Of a stretch of 64,000 bases of DNA, positions 51,749 to 63,279 are shown in pieces. Below the pieces are notes generated by a model. The model saw only the letters and a list, made by a program, of their open reading frames with translations, was not told where the DNA came from and did not search any database. Source of the stretch: Candidatus Woesearchaeota archaeon (lineage in GTDB: Archaea > Nanobdellota > Nanobdellia > Woesearchaeales > UBA583); contig OZ242164.1 in assembly GCA_965205335.1 (NCBI GenBank), positions 1,120,001 through 1,184,000 on the forward strand. Direction: 5' to 3'. Positions within the stretch are counted from its first letter, which is position 1. The number at the start of each line of letters is the position of its first letter. The position numbers were made by a program, and so were the translations under genes.

Positions 51749-52459
51749 ATGAGAGAGAGAGTTAAAGTTATCAGATACCTTGGAGTTTTATTTTTAACCA
51801 TTTTAATCTTTGTTATTGGAATTTTCTTAGGTAGTAGTGTTGAAGAACTTAGAGTTGAGAATTTGTATAATCAACTTCAAGAGCAGGACTTAGAATACCA
51901 GACAGTTGTTACAGAAAGTACATATATTGATTTTTTAGTTTCTTCAAAAGAGGAAAGGGGAAACATATCATGTGATGCAATAAAGGGAACTTATTATACA
52001 AGTATTGGCAATTTAGATGATGCCAGACTTAAACTTGAGAATTATATTAATTTTGGCAAAGTTCGTGAAGATGAATTTTACAGACTAAGAGAACACTATT
52101 CAAATGTTCAGATTAATTATTGGATATTAGCAAACAGAATTAGTTCACTATGTGATTCTAATATGAATACAATCTTATATTTTTATGCAGATAAGAAAAA
52201 GTGCCCTGCTTGTGAAGATCAAGGAATTCATTTAAGTTATGTTAAACAAAGATTAGGAGATGATATCTTAATATTTGCCTTTGATTCGCAAAGTTCAAGT
52301 GGCGTACTTAAACTGCTTTCCCAGAGATACTCAGTAAGTGAGAGAGAACTTCCTGTTCTTGTAATTAATAATGAAATATATGGCTTTATGCATAATTCTC
52401 TGATTTTTAAGATTTTATGTGAAAAAGGACTTGACAACGAAGAAGTTTGTAATTCTTAA
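51749..52459 (+). CDS. membrane-anchored thioredoxin-like protein
   Basis: N-terminal TM; LYFY..CPAC..PVLVIN. Confidence 0.65.
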   Translation: MRERVKVIRYLGVLFLTILIFVIGIFLGSSVEELRVENLYNQLQEQDLEYQTVVTESTYIDFLVSSKEERGNISCDAIKGTYYTSIGNLDDARLKLENYINFGKVREDEFYRLREHYSNVQINYWILANRISSLCDSNMNTILYFYADKKKCPACEDQGIHLSYVKQRLGDDILIFAFDSQSSSGVLKLLSQRYSVSERELPVLVINNEIYGFMHNSLIFKILCEKGLDNEEVCNS

Positions 52460-52591
52460 TTATTCCAGTTAAAAGTTGATGTAATATATGCTTGTTAAAC
52501 AATTTCAATATTCTTTAAACATCAACAGTTTTACTCTTTTATATGTTATTTATTAGGAAAAAAGAATAAATTTTATATACAAGAGATTTTA

Positions 52592-53548
52592 TTGAATTGT
52601 ATGGAAAATTCTCAGGATATAGGGACATTTATATTAGGTTTAACAAAACTTATAGAAAAACCATTTATGAAGGAAGTAAGATTTGATTACAAAGGTTTCT
52701 TTAAACTCCTATCAAAAAATAAAGAACTCCCATTATTGCAAGTTATTTTGAACCAGAATCAGATAAATTTTAACTCGGGATATAAAGTAGATTCAAATGA
52801 AACTCTTGAAAGAATATTTAAGCAGATACTTGTCAAACTCATAGAGAAAGATAGTATCACCTTAAAGAATGAAAATTTAGAGGACATAGTTTCAACATTA
52901 TTTCAAAAAATAAAAACCCTAAACTTTGAGGACTTAATCAAACTCTTATTATCTCGAGTAAACCTATCAAATTTTGAAAGATTAAAACTCTTCTTATTAA
53001 AGGATCTCAATCTGAGCGGTAAAATATCTTTAATAACACTTGTAGGAGCATTTTCTTTTTCTTCTGGATGTGCAAATGATGCAACTCACACAGGATATAA
53101 TAACACACCAAATACACATGTAGAAGAAGTCGTTGAAGAAAGCACTACTCATGGAGTGCTACAAGAACTAACACAATGGCAAAAGGAAATATGGGGAATT
53201 GGAGAAAAAAATGGAATGGATGAATGGTACTTTGAACAGATTCCTAATTTAACTGATAATCAGGCTTGGGCGTTTAAGGTAGGAGTAGAGAATAAGAAGG
53301 AAAGGTGGTACTTTGAATTAGTTCTTAAAAATCCTAATTTAACTGATTATCAGGCTTTGGCATTTAATGCAGGAGTAGAGAGTAAGAAGGAGAGGTGGTA
53401 CTTTGAACAAATTCCTAATTTAACTGATAATCAGGCTTGGGCATTTAATAAGGGAGTAGAGAGTAAGAAGGAAAGGCGGTACTTTGAATTAGTTCTTGAA
53501 AATCCTAATTTAACTTCATCTCGTTTTATGGAATTAATGCAGGAGTAG
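52592..53548 (+). CDS. repeat-containing protein with an internal lipobox-like segment; disrupted 3' end
   Basis: ISLITLVGAFSFSSGC followed by alternating 27/30-aa WYFE..PNLTDxQAxAF..GVExKKER repeats. Confidence 0.7.
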   Translation: MNCMENSQDIGTFILGLTKLIEKPFMKEVRFDYKGFFKLLSKNKELPLLQVILNQNQINFNSGYKVDSNETLERIFKQILVKLIEKDSITLKNENLEDIVSTLFQKIKTLNFEDLIKLLLSRVNLSNFERLKLFLLKDLNLSGKISLITLVGAFSFSSGCANDATHTGYNNTPNTHVEEVVEESTTHGVLQELTQWQKEIWGIGEKNGMDEWYFEQIPNLTDNQAWAFKVGVENKKERWYFELVLKNPNLTDYQALAFNAGVESKKERWYFEQIPNLTDNQAWAFNKGVESKKERRYFELVLENPNLTSSRFMELMQE

Positions 53549-53585
53549 AGAATAAGAAGGAAAGGTGGTACTTTGAATTAGTTCA
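53225..53585 (+). repeat. coding tandem repeat with alternating 81/90-bp units
   Basis: GGTACTTTGAA..CCTAATTTAACT..GGAGTAGAGA recurs and continues past the stop codon. Confidence 0.9.
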
Positions 53586-53786
53586 GGAATAGATGCACTT
53601 GGAGATTTGATGAGAACCATGCGAGAGTTTGTATCAGAAGGAAAATTAGTGACAAACCCAAGCATATTCGTTACTGGCGATGATGGTAAACCTATTAAAC
53701 TTATTTAGCAAAAATACAAATACAAATAAATTAACCTCTGTACTTAAATACAAAACTATTTATATATTAAAAACATGCAGACAATT

Positions 53787-53914
53787 AGGTCAGGTCTATG
53801 ATTCAAGTATCAAAACCTAAGACTATATGATCTTAAATGTGTGGGTATTGCAAAAGCAATATTATCTATGACTAAATAAAAAATCTAAAGTTTGCTGTCT
53901 TAGGTACCTGACCT
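53787..53914 (+). ncRNA. candidate structured ncRNA of unknown class
   Basis: Nested stems AGGTCAGGT/ACCTGACCT and CCTAAGAC/GTCTTAGG, inner hairpin TATTGC-AAAA-GCAATA; TTTATATA ~22 nt upstream. Confidence 0.4.
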
Positions 53915-53916
53915 CA

Positions 53917-56202
53917 TTATTTATCTTCTTTATTAATGTACTTTTGAATATAACTATTATACCAATGTTCAAATTCTAAAAATATCTTTTTTGAATCAAG
54001 TACTCCATATTCATTATTAATTCTCTCAGAGATTTTATGAAACTGATCATTTGCATCAATAACAGGTTTTGCTTCAAGTATCTCATCACATTTGTGCTTT
54101 ATAGAACAATCTACCTGCAATTTCTTTACCTTAACTCTTAACTGTATATTATCCCATATGGCATCCCAGTTTCCTGCCCACTGCTTAACATTTCCACCTA
54201 TTGCTTTTAAAATATCAGAATCACCATTAATCAAATCATCTGTCATCTCTAACTTGTCTTCTATTGAATTATATTTAAACAAATCCCCAAACCCATTCTC
54301 AAGCATGGGATCATTCTCCCAGTGCTTCTTAACCTCAGTTATCTGAGTGATTCTACGAAACCTGTGCAGTCCATCCGATGACTTAACAGGATTTGCAATA
54401 ATCACTAAATCAGTAGCTTTAAACGAAGTATTAGGAACTTTCAAATCATTTACTAATCTATCATACACACCAAAAGGAGAATCTCCATGAATAGTTCCTG
54501 CAACAACATTTGCCAAAGCCCCAATCCGCATAGCTTCATATAACGCAAGAGCTTCTGTGCTTCTTACTTCTCCCACAATTAAACAGGAATCTCCTAGTCT
54601 TAAAGTGGATCTAATCCCCATATCGGCAGACATGCCCTCCTTACCAATTGACAATGCTGACCTAACTCTCATAGATTGGAGGTTATACCCTAAATCTGCA
54701 AGTTGAAGAGTTGGAAGTTCAAGTGTATCCTCAATAGTTATAATTCTGTATTTTCTCATAATTTCAATCATAACAGCTACTAAAAAAGAAGACTTACCCG
54801 AACCTCTTGTACCTGCTATTAGAATAGTTCTTGCACCATCAATTATAAATGAAAGAAGTCCTGCCGCATCAGAAGTAATCATATTATTTTTGATAAACAG
54901 AGGAAGAGTCCAAGGTTTATCTCTGTGCCTTCTAAAAGAAAACCCAATCCCATAAGGATTTAATGGCTTCCCAACAGCAGAAACCCTTGCTCTTGCTTCT
55001 GGAGTTTCAATTTCGGCATCAAGAAGAGGATTTGATGCATCAAAAGGTTTCCCTGAAATCATTCTAAGCCTTGATGCCCATCCCTCTATTTCATCCTGTT
55101 CAGGAATAATATTTGTTTTACAATCTTCAAAATCTGAATGTGTTAAAAATATGGGTGTCCTATTTGCAGGAGAATTTATTGAGATATCCTGTATCTTTTC
55201 ATCTTCCAAAAGAATTTCAACAAGTCCAAACCCAACAGTATATCTTATAAGAATATGTGCCAAATCATCAACCTCTCTATGATTCAGTTTTATATTTTTG
55301 AACTCAGCAATTTCTTCGACCAAATCCTTTGAAATATTATAAAATATCTCTCTTAGTTTAGTGGGATCTATAAAATCGGACGATTCAGGTTTATGTTCAG
55401 AGATTACTTCCTTTGCAAGATTTAAAATATTATACTTATCTTCAGACAGAGTAAACTCAAGAGGTATAATATGATATAAATTATATGCTTCATTATCCAT
55501 CTCAAAAATTGTAACTTTAGCATCAAGCAGATTATACGAATCAACTTCTTTGGCTTCAATTGGAATCCTCTTTTGAAGTGATGTATATATAAAATTTGGT
55601 TTTATATTTGCCTCAAAGAATTTTTTGTATATCTCTCTGCTTCCAATTTTATGTCCAAAAAGTTCATTTTTGCTTAATTTGATTATAGTCATATCTTCAA
55701 GCTTTTCGCCAATATATTTTAATGCTCTCTCATACTTAGAATCAACTTCTTCACATTTATTATTTAAGTGGGTTTTTTCAAATTTATAATCTCTTAGTTT
55801 TCTCTTTATCCTAACATAAGCTCCTATTGGGTCTGAGGTTAGACTTTTCACAATCGTATTCTGTAAGAAAGTATATCTATTAAAAAAAAGTTTGACACAT
55901 TCCTCATCTTTATTAATTAGTTCTCCTGATGTAAAAAGTTCTTTTTGTTTGCTTAGCAAAGAATACATCTGTGCAATTTCATTTAAATGTTTAACTTGTT
56001 CAAAGTCATATTCGTAATTTTTATTATGAACAAATATTATTTTGGTTATAGATGGTGTTTGAACTAATCTCTTAATTACATCGCGCATAACAATTCCATC
56101 ATCCTCAATTGTGGGGAAGTTTTCTTTTCCAAGATAGTTTAATTTAAGAATGTTTTCAACTCCATGTTTTATTATTTCAAAGTCCTTATCTTTTGAGAAC
56201 AT
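53917..56202 (-). CDS. type II/IV secretion (pilus assembly) ATPase
   Basis: GTRGSGKS, TIEDTLEL, VGEVR and GTIHG. Confidence 0.9.
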   Translation of the reverse strand: MFSKDKDFEIIKHGVENILKLNYLGKENFPTIEDDGIVMRDVIKRLVQTPSITKIIFVHNKNYEYDFEQVKHLNEIAQMYSLLSKQKELFTSGELINKDEECVKLFFNRYTFLQNTIVKSLTSDPIGAYVRIKRKLRDYKFEKTHLNNKCEEVDSKYERALKYIGEKLEDMTIIKLSKNELFGHKIGSREIYKKFFEANIKPNFIYTSLQKRIPIEAKEVDSYNLLDAKVTIFEMDNEAYNLYHIIPLEFTLSEDKYNILNLAKEVISEHKPESSDFIDPTKLREIFYNISKDLVEEIAEFKNIKLNHREVDDLAHILIRYTVGFGLVEILLEDEKIQDISINSPANRTPIFLTHSDFEDCKTNIIPEQDEIEGWASRLRMISGKPFDASNPLLDAEIETPEARARVSAVGKPLNPYGIGFSFRRHRDKPWTLPLFIKNNMITSDAAGLLSFIIDGARTILIAGTRGSGKSSFLVAVMIEIMRKYRIITIEDTLELPTLQLADLGYNLQSMRVRSALSIGKEGMSADMGIRSTLRLGDSCLIVGEVRSTEALALYEAMRIGALANVVAGTIHGDSPFGVYDRLVNDLKVPNTSFKATDLVIIANPVKSSDGLHRFRRITQITEVKKHWENDPMLENGFGDLFKYNSIEDKLEMTDDLINGDSDILKAIGGNVKQWAGNWDAIWDNIQLRVKVKKLQVDCSIKHKCDEILEAKPVIDANDQFHKISERINNEYGVLDSKKIFLEFEHWYNSYIQKYINKEDK

Positions 56203-56855
56203 ATTTCTTCTCAGAACTTGGAATTTAAATAATAATTTCGCTATTATTAAGGAGTTAAAAACTGTTTCCTAGAATTTATAGGATTTAAGCGTTATTTCCA
56301 TCAATTTGATGAAAACTTTATAAATGGTTTCTTCCCTAAATACATACTCAATTTGATATTGAGCTTGACAACTTACAACACCTTGTGGTTTAGATAATAC
56401 TTGCCATAAGGTTTCAATATTATATTTCTAATGATAAGTAAAGATAAACATTTATATATAAGTTTTCTTCTAAATTACAAACTTAATATTTGTATCTATT
56501 TCTCTAAACTTGTAGCCCAAAAATTAAAAACCAAATTAGTTTAGTAAATATACTCAATCTTTTACAGAGTTTTCATTCCATTTCAAACATAGTTTCTAAC
56601 TTACTTAATTTATTTATCCGAAATGAAACTAAAATTTTTTAAAGTTTAAGAAATACTACATTTATACTAAGACATAGAGCCTTGGTGGTTTTTCCAGTTT
56701 TATCATATAAATGATCTTGGCGCATGTTTATTTTGCCTTGCCGAAAAACTGGTTAAATAGGACATCAAATAGGAATTCAAATATATAATTTATATAGGTT
56801 ACAATAAATATATTTTTGAAACTATTTTATTAAATTATTAATAGGAGGAATTAAA

Positions 56856-57887
56856 ATGAGTGAAGAAGTGAAGGAAGAAGATAAGCAAGAACTAAAAGAA
56901 GAAAATACAAGAGAAGATAAAGAAACTAAACAGAGTAAAGAGAAGGAATTAACAATATCTGATTTGCCGGGAGTTGGGCCGAGCACAGCAGAAAAATTAG
57001 AGGCAGCAGGAATTGACACATTACTTGCAGTTGCGGTTTCATCCATAAGAGTTCTAACAGAAGAAGCCGGAGTCTCTGAAAGCGTTGCAAGAAAAATGAT
57101 TCAGGCCGCGCGTGATATGATGGATATGGGATTTGAAACTGCTGATTCAGTACTTGAAAGAAGACGCTCAATAAACAAAATTACAACAGGCTCAGAAGGA
57201 TTTAATGATGTTATGGGAGGGGGATTTGAAACTGGAGCTATAACTGAATGCTTTGGAGAATTTGGTTCAGGAAAAACTCAGATTGGACATCAGCTTGCAG
57301 TTAATGTTCAGTTGCCTCTGGATAAAGGAGGACTTAATGCAAAAGTAATTTACATTGATACAGAAAATACGTTCAGACCTGAAAGAATTATTCAGATGGC
57401 TAAAGGCAAAGGAATTGATCCCCAAACTGCTTTGAAAAATATTAAAGTAGCAAGAGCATATAACTCAGATCATCAGATGCTCTTATCAGAAAAGGCAGAA
57501 GACTTGCTTAAAGAAGGGGAATATAAGGTCTTAATTGTTGATTCCCTAACTGCTCATTTCAGGGCTGAATTTATTGGACGGGGAACATTGGCAGAAAGAC
57601 AGCAAAAACTAAACAAGCACATGCACACTCTTTTAAGATTATCTGATATGTATAATTGTTGCGTCATTGTATCCAATCAGGTTATGGCAAGACCAAATGT
57701 GATGTTTGGAGATCCAACTCAGGCAATTGGAGGACATATTGTAGGTCACAGTTCAACATTTAGAATTTATCTAAGAAAAGGGAAAAAAGGTTCAAGAGTT
57801 GCAAAATTAGTTGACAGTCCCAACTTACCTGAAAACGAATGCATGTTTTTTGTAAATGAGGGAGGAATTTCAGATAAAGAAGAATAA
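56856..57887 (+). CDS. radA: DNA repair and recombination protein RadA
   Basis: Hh[26 protein letters not shown] and GRGTLAERQ. Confidence 0.97.
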   Translation: MSEEVKEEDKQELKEENTREDKETKQSKEKELTISDLPGVGPSTAEKLEAAGIDTLLAVAVSSIRVLTEEAGVSESVARKMIQAARDMMDMGFETADSVLERRRSINKITTGSEGFNDVMGGGFETGAITECFGEFGSGKTQIGHQLAVNVQLPLDKGGLNAKVIYIDTENTFRPERIIQMAKGKGIDPQTALKNIKVARAYNSDHQMLLSEKAEDLLKEGEYKVLIVDSLTAHFRAEFIGRGTLAERQQKLNKHMHTLLRLSDMYNCCVIVSNQVMARPNVMFGDPTQAIGGHIVGHSSTFRIYLRKGKKGSRVAKLVDSPNLPENECMFFVNEGGISDKEE

Positions 57888-58002
57888 AATAAGAATTATT
57901 CTTTTCTCGTATTTGCTTCCCATTAAATTATCATTTATATACTTTTGAGTGTCTGAAATTTGAGTACTAATTTTTTTTAAACTTAAAAAATCAAAAAAGC
58001 CT

Positions 58003-58236
58003 ATGGACTTATTTGATAAAAAAGAAAAACTTGCAGATTTAATTGAAGAATACACATCTGATGAATCTAAAGAATCCGAGCTTATAGATTACGTTAAAGA
58101 ATGCTACGATGACCCAGACTTAAAAGACATTGAATTATTTAAAAACATACTTGGAGAACTTGACAAGTACCTAAAAGACCTCTCAAGAAAAGAATTAAAG
58201 CAGAGAGTTCTGCTTATTCGTTCGTACATTGAATGA
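58003..58236 (+). CDS. small acidic hypothetical protein
   Basis: 77-aa ORF with plausible composition. Confidence 0.6.
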   Translation: MDLFDKKEKLADLIEEYTSDESKESELIDYVKECYDDPDLKDIELFKNILGELDKYLKDLSRKELKQRVLLIRSYIE

Positions 58237-58257
58237 AAATACTTCAATTCATATGCG

Positions 58258-61185
58258 TCATTTCAAAATTGGTTTTAGAAACTGACCAGTAAAACTTTTC
58301 TTTACCTTAACAATCTCTTCAGGAGTTCCAACTGCAATTATTTCTCCTCCATTCTCACCGCCCTCAGGACCCATATCAATAACATAATCACAGCACTTAA
58401 CAACATCTAAATTATGCTCAATGACAATAATTGAATTCCCTTTCTCAACTAAACGATTCATAACAGAAAGAAGTTTTCTGACATCCTCAAAATGAAGCCC
58501 CGTAGTTGGTTCATCTAAAACATACAAAGTATTTCCTTTCTTGAACTTAGCAAGCTCACGGGTTAATTTAATCCTCTGAGACTCACCGCCCGACAAAGTA
58601 GTTGAAGACTGCCCAAGTTTAATATACCCAAGCCCTACATCTGCAAGAGTTTTCAGTTTCCTATGAACATTTGAAATATTTTCAAAGTAAACAACTGCCT
58701 CATCCACACTCATATTAAGAACCTCTGCTATATCCTTGCCTTTATAAGTTACCTCTAAAGTTTCACTATTATACCTTTTGCCTCTGCAATCCTCACACTC
58801 AACAAACACATCGGGAAGAAAATTCATCTCAATCTTAATCATCCCATCACCCCTGCAAGTCTCGCAACGCCCACCCTTAACATTAAAAGAAAACCTTCCT
58901 TCCTTATACCCTCTAACTTTGGCTTCCTTAGTCATTGCAAAAATTCTACGGATTTCATCAAAAATTTTAGTATAAGTTGCGGGATTTGACCTTGGTGTTT
59001 TTCCAATTGGATTCTGATCTATTACAATAATATTATCAACATCTTCTGGAACTATTATTTCTTTATGCAATCCAACCTTTTCATGACTTTGAGAAAAATA
59101 TTTCTGCAAACCACGGACAAGAGTCTGATTAATCAAAGTAGACTTGCCAGAACCTGAAACTCCACAAACTCCGCATAAAATTCCCGTTGGAATTTTAACA
59201 TTTGTATTCTTTAAATTATTTTCCTGTGCTCCTCTTACCTCAATAAAATTTCTTGGTTTTAACCTCTCCTTTGGAACATCAATCTCCAACTCCTTTGACA
59301 AATATCTCCCAGTTAAAGATTTGCTGTTTCCTGCAATCTCATCGGGAGTTCCTGTTGCTATAATATGTCCCCCATTAATTCCTGCCCCTGGTCCTATATC
59401 AATAACATAATCCGCAGCTTTTATAGTATCCTCATCATGCTCAACAACAATTAAAGTATTTCCTAAATCACGAAGCCCGCAAAGAGTATTAATCAACTTG
59501 GCATTATCTCTTTGGTGCAACCCAATTGAAGGCTCATCTAAAATATATAGAACTCCCATCAAATTTGCTCCTATCTGAGTTGCCAGTCTTATCCTCTGAG
59601 CCTCTCCTCCTGACAAAGTCCCAGCAGAACGCGAAAGATTCAGATAACTTAACCCCACATTGTTTAGAAATGTTAATCTGTCTATTATCTCTTTTAAAAC
59701 CTGCTTTGCAATAAACTTTTCCTTATCTGTTAATTTCCTTTCAAGATTTGTAAAAAAACTAAGTGCATCTTTAATAGATAACTCTGTTATATCAATTATT
59801 GACTGCTTCTGAATCTTAACTGCAAGAATATTGTCCTTTAACCTTTTCCCTGAACATGCCTCGCATTTAGAACTAACCATTAATTTCTCGTAAATACTTT
59901 TCCTGTAATCCGATTCTGACTGTTTATACAATCTCATAGTCTGCGGAATTACTCCCTCCCAGCCAGTTTCCAAATTCATTCTTGCACCATTTGACCAAAA
60001 AGCCTTAATCGGTTGCTTTGTTCCATACAAAAGAACTTTCAGTTGAGTTTGTGTAAAATCCTTGATTGGAGTAAATATATCAAACCCAAAATTTCTCCCA
60101 ACAGCACTAATTTGCTGAGTTCTAAACTTTAAATCCATCCTGCCATACACACTTATAGCACCATCCATAATAGACAACTCTTTATCTGGAATAATTAAAT
60201 CAGGAGAGATTTTCATTTTCTCTCCTATTCCCAAACATTCACGGCATGCTCCAAAAGGGGAATTAAAAGAAAACATTCTTGGCTCTAACTGTTCAAATAT
60301 TATATCACTGTGATTGGGACATGCTCCAAATGTTGAATAAGTTATCTCGCATTCTCTTTGAATATCCTTTAAATCTTTCTCTGTAATCTTTGAACCGAGT
60401 TCATCAACCTTCTCTTTTGCTTTATCATAATCCAAAATATTAAGAGTTCCTCCCCCAAACTTTAAAGCCTGTTCAACTGAATCAGTGATTCTTAATCTTT
60501 CATCATCAGAAATCACAATCCTGTCAACTACTGCCTCAATCCAGTGCTTCTCATACCTCTCTAACTTTAATTCATCTTTTATAGTTTCCAAATCATAAAT
60601 ATGCCCGTCAACTCTTGCCTTTGTAAACCCGTCCCTTTTCAAATCATCAAACACTCTCTCATAAGTTCCCTTCAAACCGCGAACAATTGGCGCTAAAATT
60701 ACAATTCTCTTCCCCTTATCTGAAATAATAAGATTAACTATATTTTCAGCAGACTGAGGTTTAATAGGAGAATCACATTTAGGACAATGAGGAGTTCCAA
60801 TTCTTGCAAACAATAATCTTAAATAATCATAAATCTCTGTAACCGTCCCCACAGTTGATCTTGGGTTTTTAGAAGTTGTTTTCTGTTCTATTGATATAGC
60901 AGGCGATAATCCTTCAATTGAATCAACATCAGGTTTATTCATAAGCCCTAAAAATTGCCTAGCATACGCTGATAAAGATTCTACATATCTTCTCTGCCCT
61001 TCCGCATACAATGTATCAAATGCAAGAGTTGATTTACCCGAACCTGAAAGTCCTGTAATCACAATAAATTTATCTCTTGGAAATTCTACATCTATGTTTT
61101 TTAGATTATGTTCTCTTGCACCTTTTACAATAATATTTTTGTTCATTCTGTAATGTTGAGAGCACTTAAAATAAACAAAATACAA
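58258..61185 (-). CDS. uvrA: excinuclease ABC subunit A
   Basis: [29 protein letters not shown], second ABC domain and zinc fingers; likely start at MNKNI (61146). Confidence 0.98.
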   Translation of the reverse strand: MYFVYFKCSQHYRMNKNIIVKGAREHNLKNIDVEFPRDKFIVITGLSGSGKSTLAFDTLYAEGQRRYVESLSAYARQFLGLMNKPDVDSIEGLSPAISIEQKTTSKNPRSTVGTVTEIYDYLRLLFARIGTPHCPKCDSPIKPQSAENIVNLIISDKGKRIVILAPIVRGLKGTYERVFDDLKRDGFTKARVDGHIYDLETIKDELKLERYEKHWIEAVVDRIVISDDERLRITDSVEQALKFGGGTLNILDYDKAKEKVDELGSKITEKDLKDIQRECEITYSTFGACPNHSDIIFEQLEPRMFSFNSPFGACRECLGIGEKMKISPDLIIPDKELSIMDGAISVYGRMDLKFRTQQISAVGRNFGFDIFTPIKDFTQTQLKVLLYGTKQPIKAFWSNGARMNLETGWEGVIPQTMRLYKQSESDYRKSIYEKLMVSSKCEACSGKRLKDNILAVKIQKQSIIDITELSIKDALSFFTNLERKLTDKEKFIAKQVLKEIIDRLTFLNNVGLSYLNLSRSAGTLSGGEAQRIRLATQIGANLMGVLYILDEPSIGLHQRDNAKLINTLCGLRDLGNTLIVVEHDEDTIKAADYVIDIGPGAGINGGHIIATGTPDEIAGNSKSLTGRYLSKELEIDVPKERLKPRNFIEVRGAQENNLKNTNVKIPTGILCGVCGVSGSGKSTLINQTLVRGLQKYFSQSHEKVGLHKEIIVPEDVDNIIVIDQNPIGKTPRSNPATYTKIFDEIRRIFAMTKEAKVRGYKEGRFSFNVKGGRCETCRGDGMIKIEMNFLPDVFVECEDCRGKRYNSETLEVTYKGKDIAEVLNMSVDEAVVYFENISNVHRKLKTLADVGLGYIKLGQSSTTLSGGESQRIKLTRELAKFKKGNTLYVLDEPTTGLHFEDVRKLLSVMNRLVEKGNSIIVIEHNLDVVKCCDYVIDMGPEGGENGGEIIAVGTPEEIVKVKKSFTGQFLKPILK

Positions 61186-61274
61186 TTCCTTTATAAAATT
61201 ATTTTAAGATAGTTGTTAAGAGGAATTATAATGGCAAGCACAAAACAAATTTAATAATTTGCAACTTAAAAAAA

Positions 61275-61374
61275 AACTAAAACACATATTCATTAAGAAT
61301 ATCAAATGTAACTTTAATCATAGCATTTATACTGCAGAAAAGTTCCACCTGAATTGCAATTTATTAAATCAGAA
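61275..61374 (+). repeat. dispersed intergenic repeat, copy 2
   Basis: Collinear blocks shared with 40381-40531. Confidence 0.8.
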
Positions 61375-61507
61375 GATGAATCTGAAATCAAAACTTGAAT
61401 TAATATGCTACTCATTTTATACTATGCAAAGATTTTTAAAGATTTAATGCTAAGAAAATATTAATTAGTATTTACAACTAACTCTTAGTTATAAATTTGG
61501 CAAAAAA

Positions 61508-62614
61508 ATGGATAGTATTATCAAAAATGCAGTAGATAATTCAGATGCTCAAAAGTCATTTGTATCAAGCAAAGAGGATGAGGAACTTTTGGAAGTTTTA
61601 AAAAAGCATCAAGCAAGAATTAAAGTAGTTGGAGTTGGTGGTGGTGGAAACAATACTCTTGACAGAATTTCAGAAATAGGTATTGAGGGAGCAAGAACCA
61701 TTGGAATTAATACTGATGCTCAGGATTTAATTGAAACAAAGGCTGATAAGAAGATATTAATAGGTCGTGAATTAACTAAGGGATTAGGAGCAGGATCTGT
61801 TCCAAAAGTAGGTGAGGAAGCCGCCCGAGAGTCAGAAAGTGATATTAAAGAAGCTCTTAAAGATTCAGATATGATTTTCATTACAGCAGGAATGGGAGGG
61901 GGAACTGGAACAGGCGCCGCTCCATTTATTGCTGAAACTGCCAGAAAGTCGGGAGCTCTTTTAGTTGGGGTTGTTACAATTCCTTTTTCAATGGAAGGCT
62001 CAAGAAGATATGATAATGCTATATTAGGACTTGAGAGAATGGAAAGACATGTAGATACTCTAATTGTTATTCCGAACGAAAAACTCTTGGAGATTGCACC
62101 GAATTTACCACTTCACACAGCTTTTAAATTGGCTGATGAAGTTCTAACTAATGCTGTTAAGGGAATTACAGAATTAGTTACAAGAAATGGATTAATCAAT
62201 CTTGACTTTGCAGATATAAGAACGGTTATGACAAGTGCAGGTATGGCAATGATTGGTCTTGGAGAATCTGATTCTGAGAACAGAGCAGAGGAAAGCGTTG
62301 AGAGAGCATTAAACAATCCTCTTTTAGATGTTGATTTATCTGGTGCATCTGGCGCTCTTGTTAATGTAACAGGGGGTGCTGATATGACATTAGAAGATGC
62401 AAAGAGAATTGTTGCAAGAGTTTCCAAAACTCTTGATGAAGATGCAAGAATTATATGGGGGGCTCAGATTATGGAGGATTTAAATAGAGTAGTTAAAACA
62501 ATGGTCGTAATTACGGGCGTTAAATCTGACCAGATTAGAGGATCTTCAAGAGTTTCAAGAGAAAGAGATGACGACTATGATGAAAACGATTTAGGAATTG
62601 AATTCGTAAGATAA
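61508..62614 (+). CDS. ftsZ: cell division protein FtsZ
   Basis: [15 protein letters not shown] and NLDFAD. Confidence 0.98.
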   Translation: MDSIIKNAVDNSDAQKSFVSSKEDEELLEVLKKHQARIKVVGVGGGGNNTLDRISEIGIEGARTIGINTDAQDLIETKADKKILIGRELTKGLGAGSVPKVGEEAARESESDIKEALKDSDMIFITAGMGGGTGTGAAPFIAETARKSGALLVGVVTIPFSMEGSRRYDNAILGLERMERHVDTLIVIPNEKLLEIAPNLPLHTAFKLADEVLTNAVKGITELVTRNGLINLDFADIRTVMTSAGMAMIGLGESDSENRAEESVERALNNPLLDVDLSGASGALVNVTGGADMTLEDAKRIVARVSKTLDEDARIIWGAQIMEDLNRVVKTMVVITGVKSDQIRGSSRVSRERDDDYDENDLGIEFVR

Positions 62615-62795
62615 GTTTATATTTATTTATATTAGAAAATTAATATAACAATTAGAATTTAAGAGTAAATTCTAAATTAATCTGGTTCTGCAACAAAAAG
62701 GGAATTTTTGAAGGATGGGGGCAAATTGCCACCTTCCTTGATTTTCAGGCATTAAGATAATTTCATATAATAGTATAAAATTTAATTTTTAATGA

Positions 62796-62927
62796 AAGAA
62801 AATAAGAATTCCCTTAATTCCTCAAAAGGTTCAAGAAGCGATAGCAGAGAAAGTCGCAGATAGTCATAATCTAAGAAAACAAAGCAGACAACTTTTAGAA
62901 GAAGCAAAAACAGAAGTGAAAAGATAA
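62796..62927 (+). pseudogene. remnant of a restriction-modification specificity-subunit C-terminal helix
   Basis: Manual translation KKIRIPLIPQKVQEAIAEKVADSHNLRKQSRQLLEEAKTEVKR*; no start codon. Confidence 0.6.
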
Positions 62928-62971
62928 ATAAAAAAATAAAAGTCCCTATTTTGTTACAGAAACAACTAATC

Positions 62972-63058
62972 GGCTTTGTACGAAAAGTAACTAAAATATC
63001 AATATGTAGTATATTTTAAAATATAATAACACAAGATATAGACTTTTCGTACAAAGCC
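62972..63058. mobile_element. 87-bp MITE with IS903-like ends
   Basis: Perfect 17-bp TIR GGCTTTGTACGAAAAGT; perfect 9-bp TSD CAACTAATC. Confidence 0.92.
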
Positions 63059-63102
63059 CAACTAATCATAAGATTTATAAATGTTAGACACGAAACGAAT
63101 AT

Positions 63103-63279
63103 ATGAAATTAGGATATATTTTCTATTTAATTGGTATTTTTTTTCTTATACTTACTATCGGATATTTTGTAATAAAGTATCTTGAACATTTTCCTACAAG
63201 TATTAAAGCAATATTATCTTTTATAACTGCGATAATACTATTTATCATAGGGGATTATTTAAGGAGGCTTGACAAATGA
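63103..63279 (+). CDS. 58-aa two-TM membrane protein (below the track cutoff)
   Basis: MKLGYIFYLIG...GDYLRRLDK*; upstream TATA box; ATGA overlap with the next gene. Confidence 0.7.
   Translation: MKLGYIFYLIGIFFLILTIGYFVIKYLEHFPTSIKAILSFITAIILFIIGDYLRRLDK

Noticed and set aside
53225-53585. CRISPR-like periodic repeats
   Set aside because: Units are codon-multiple protein repeats without unique spacers; no cas genes in the window
53788-53796. SRP RNA suggested by GGTCAGGTC
   Set aside because: The following GNRA loop and AGCAG of the SRP helix are absent
61259-61447. 62-aa ORF between uvrA and ftsZ
   Set aside because: TTG start, overlaps the dispersed repeat, and the frame is not preserved in the other copy
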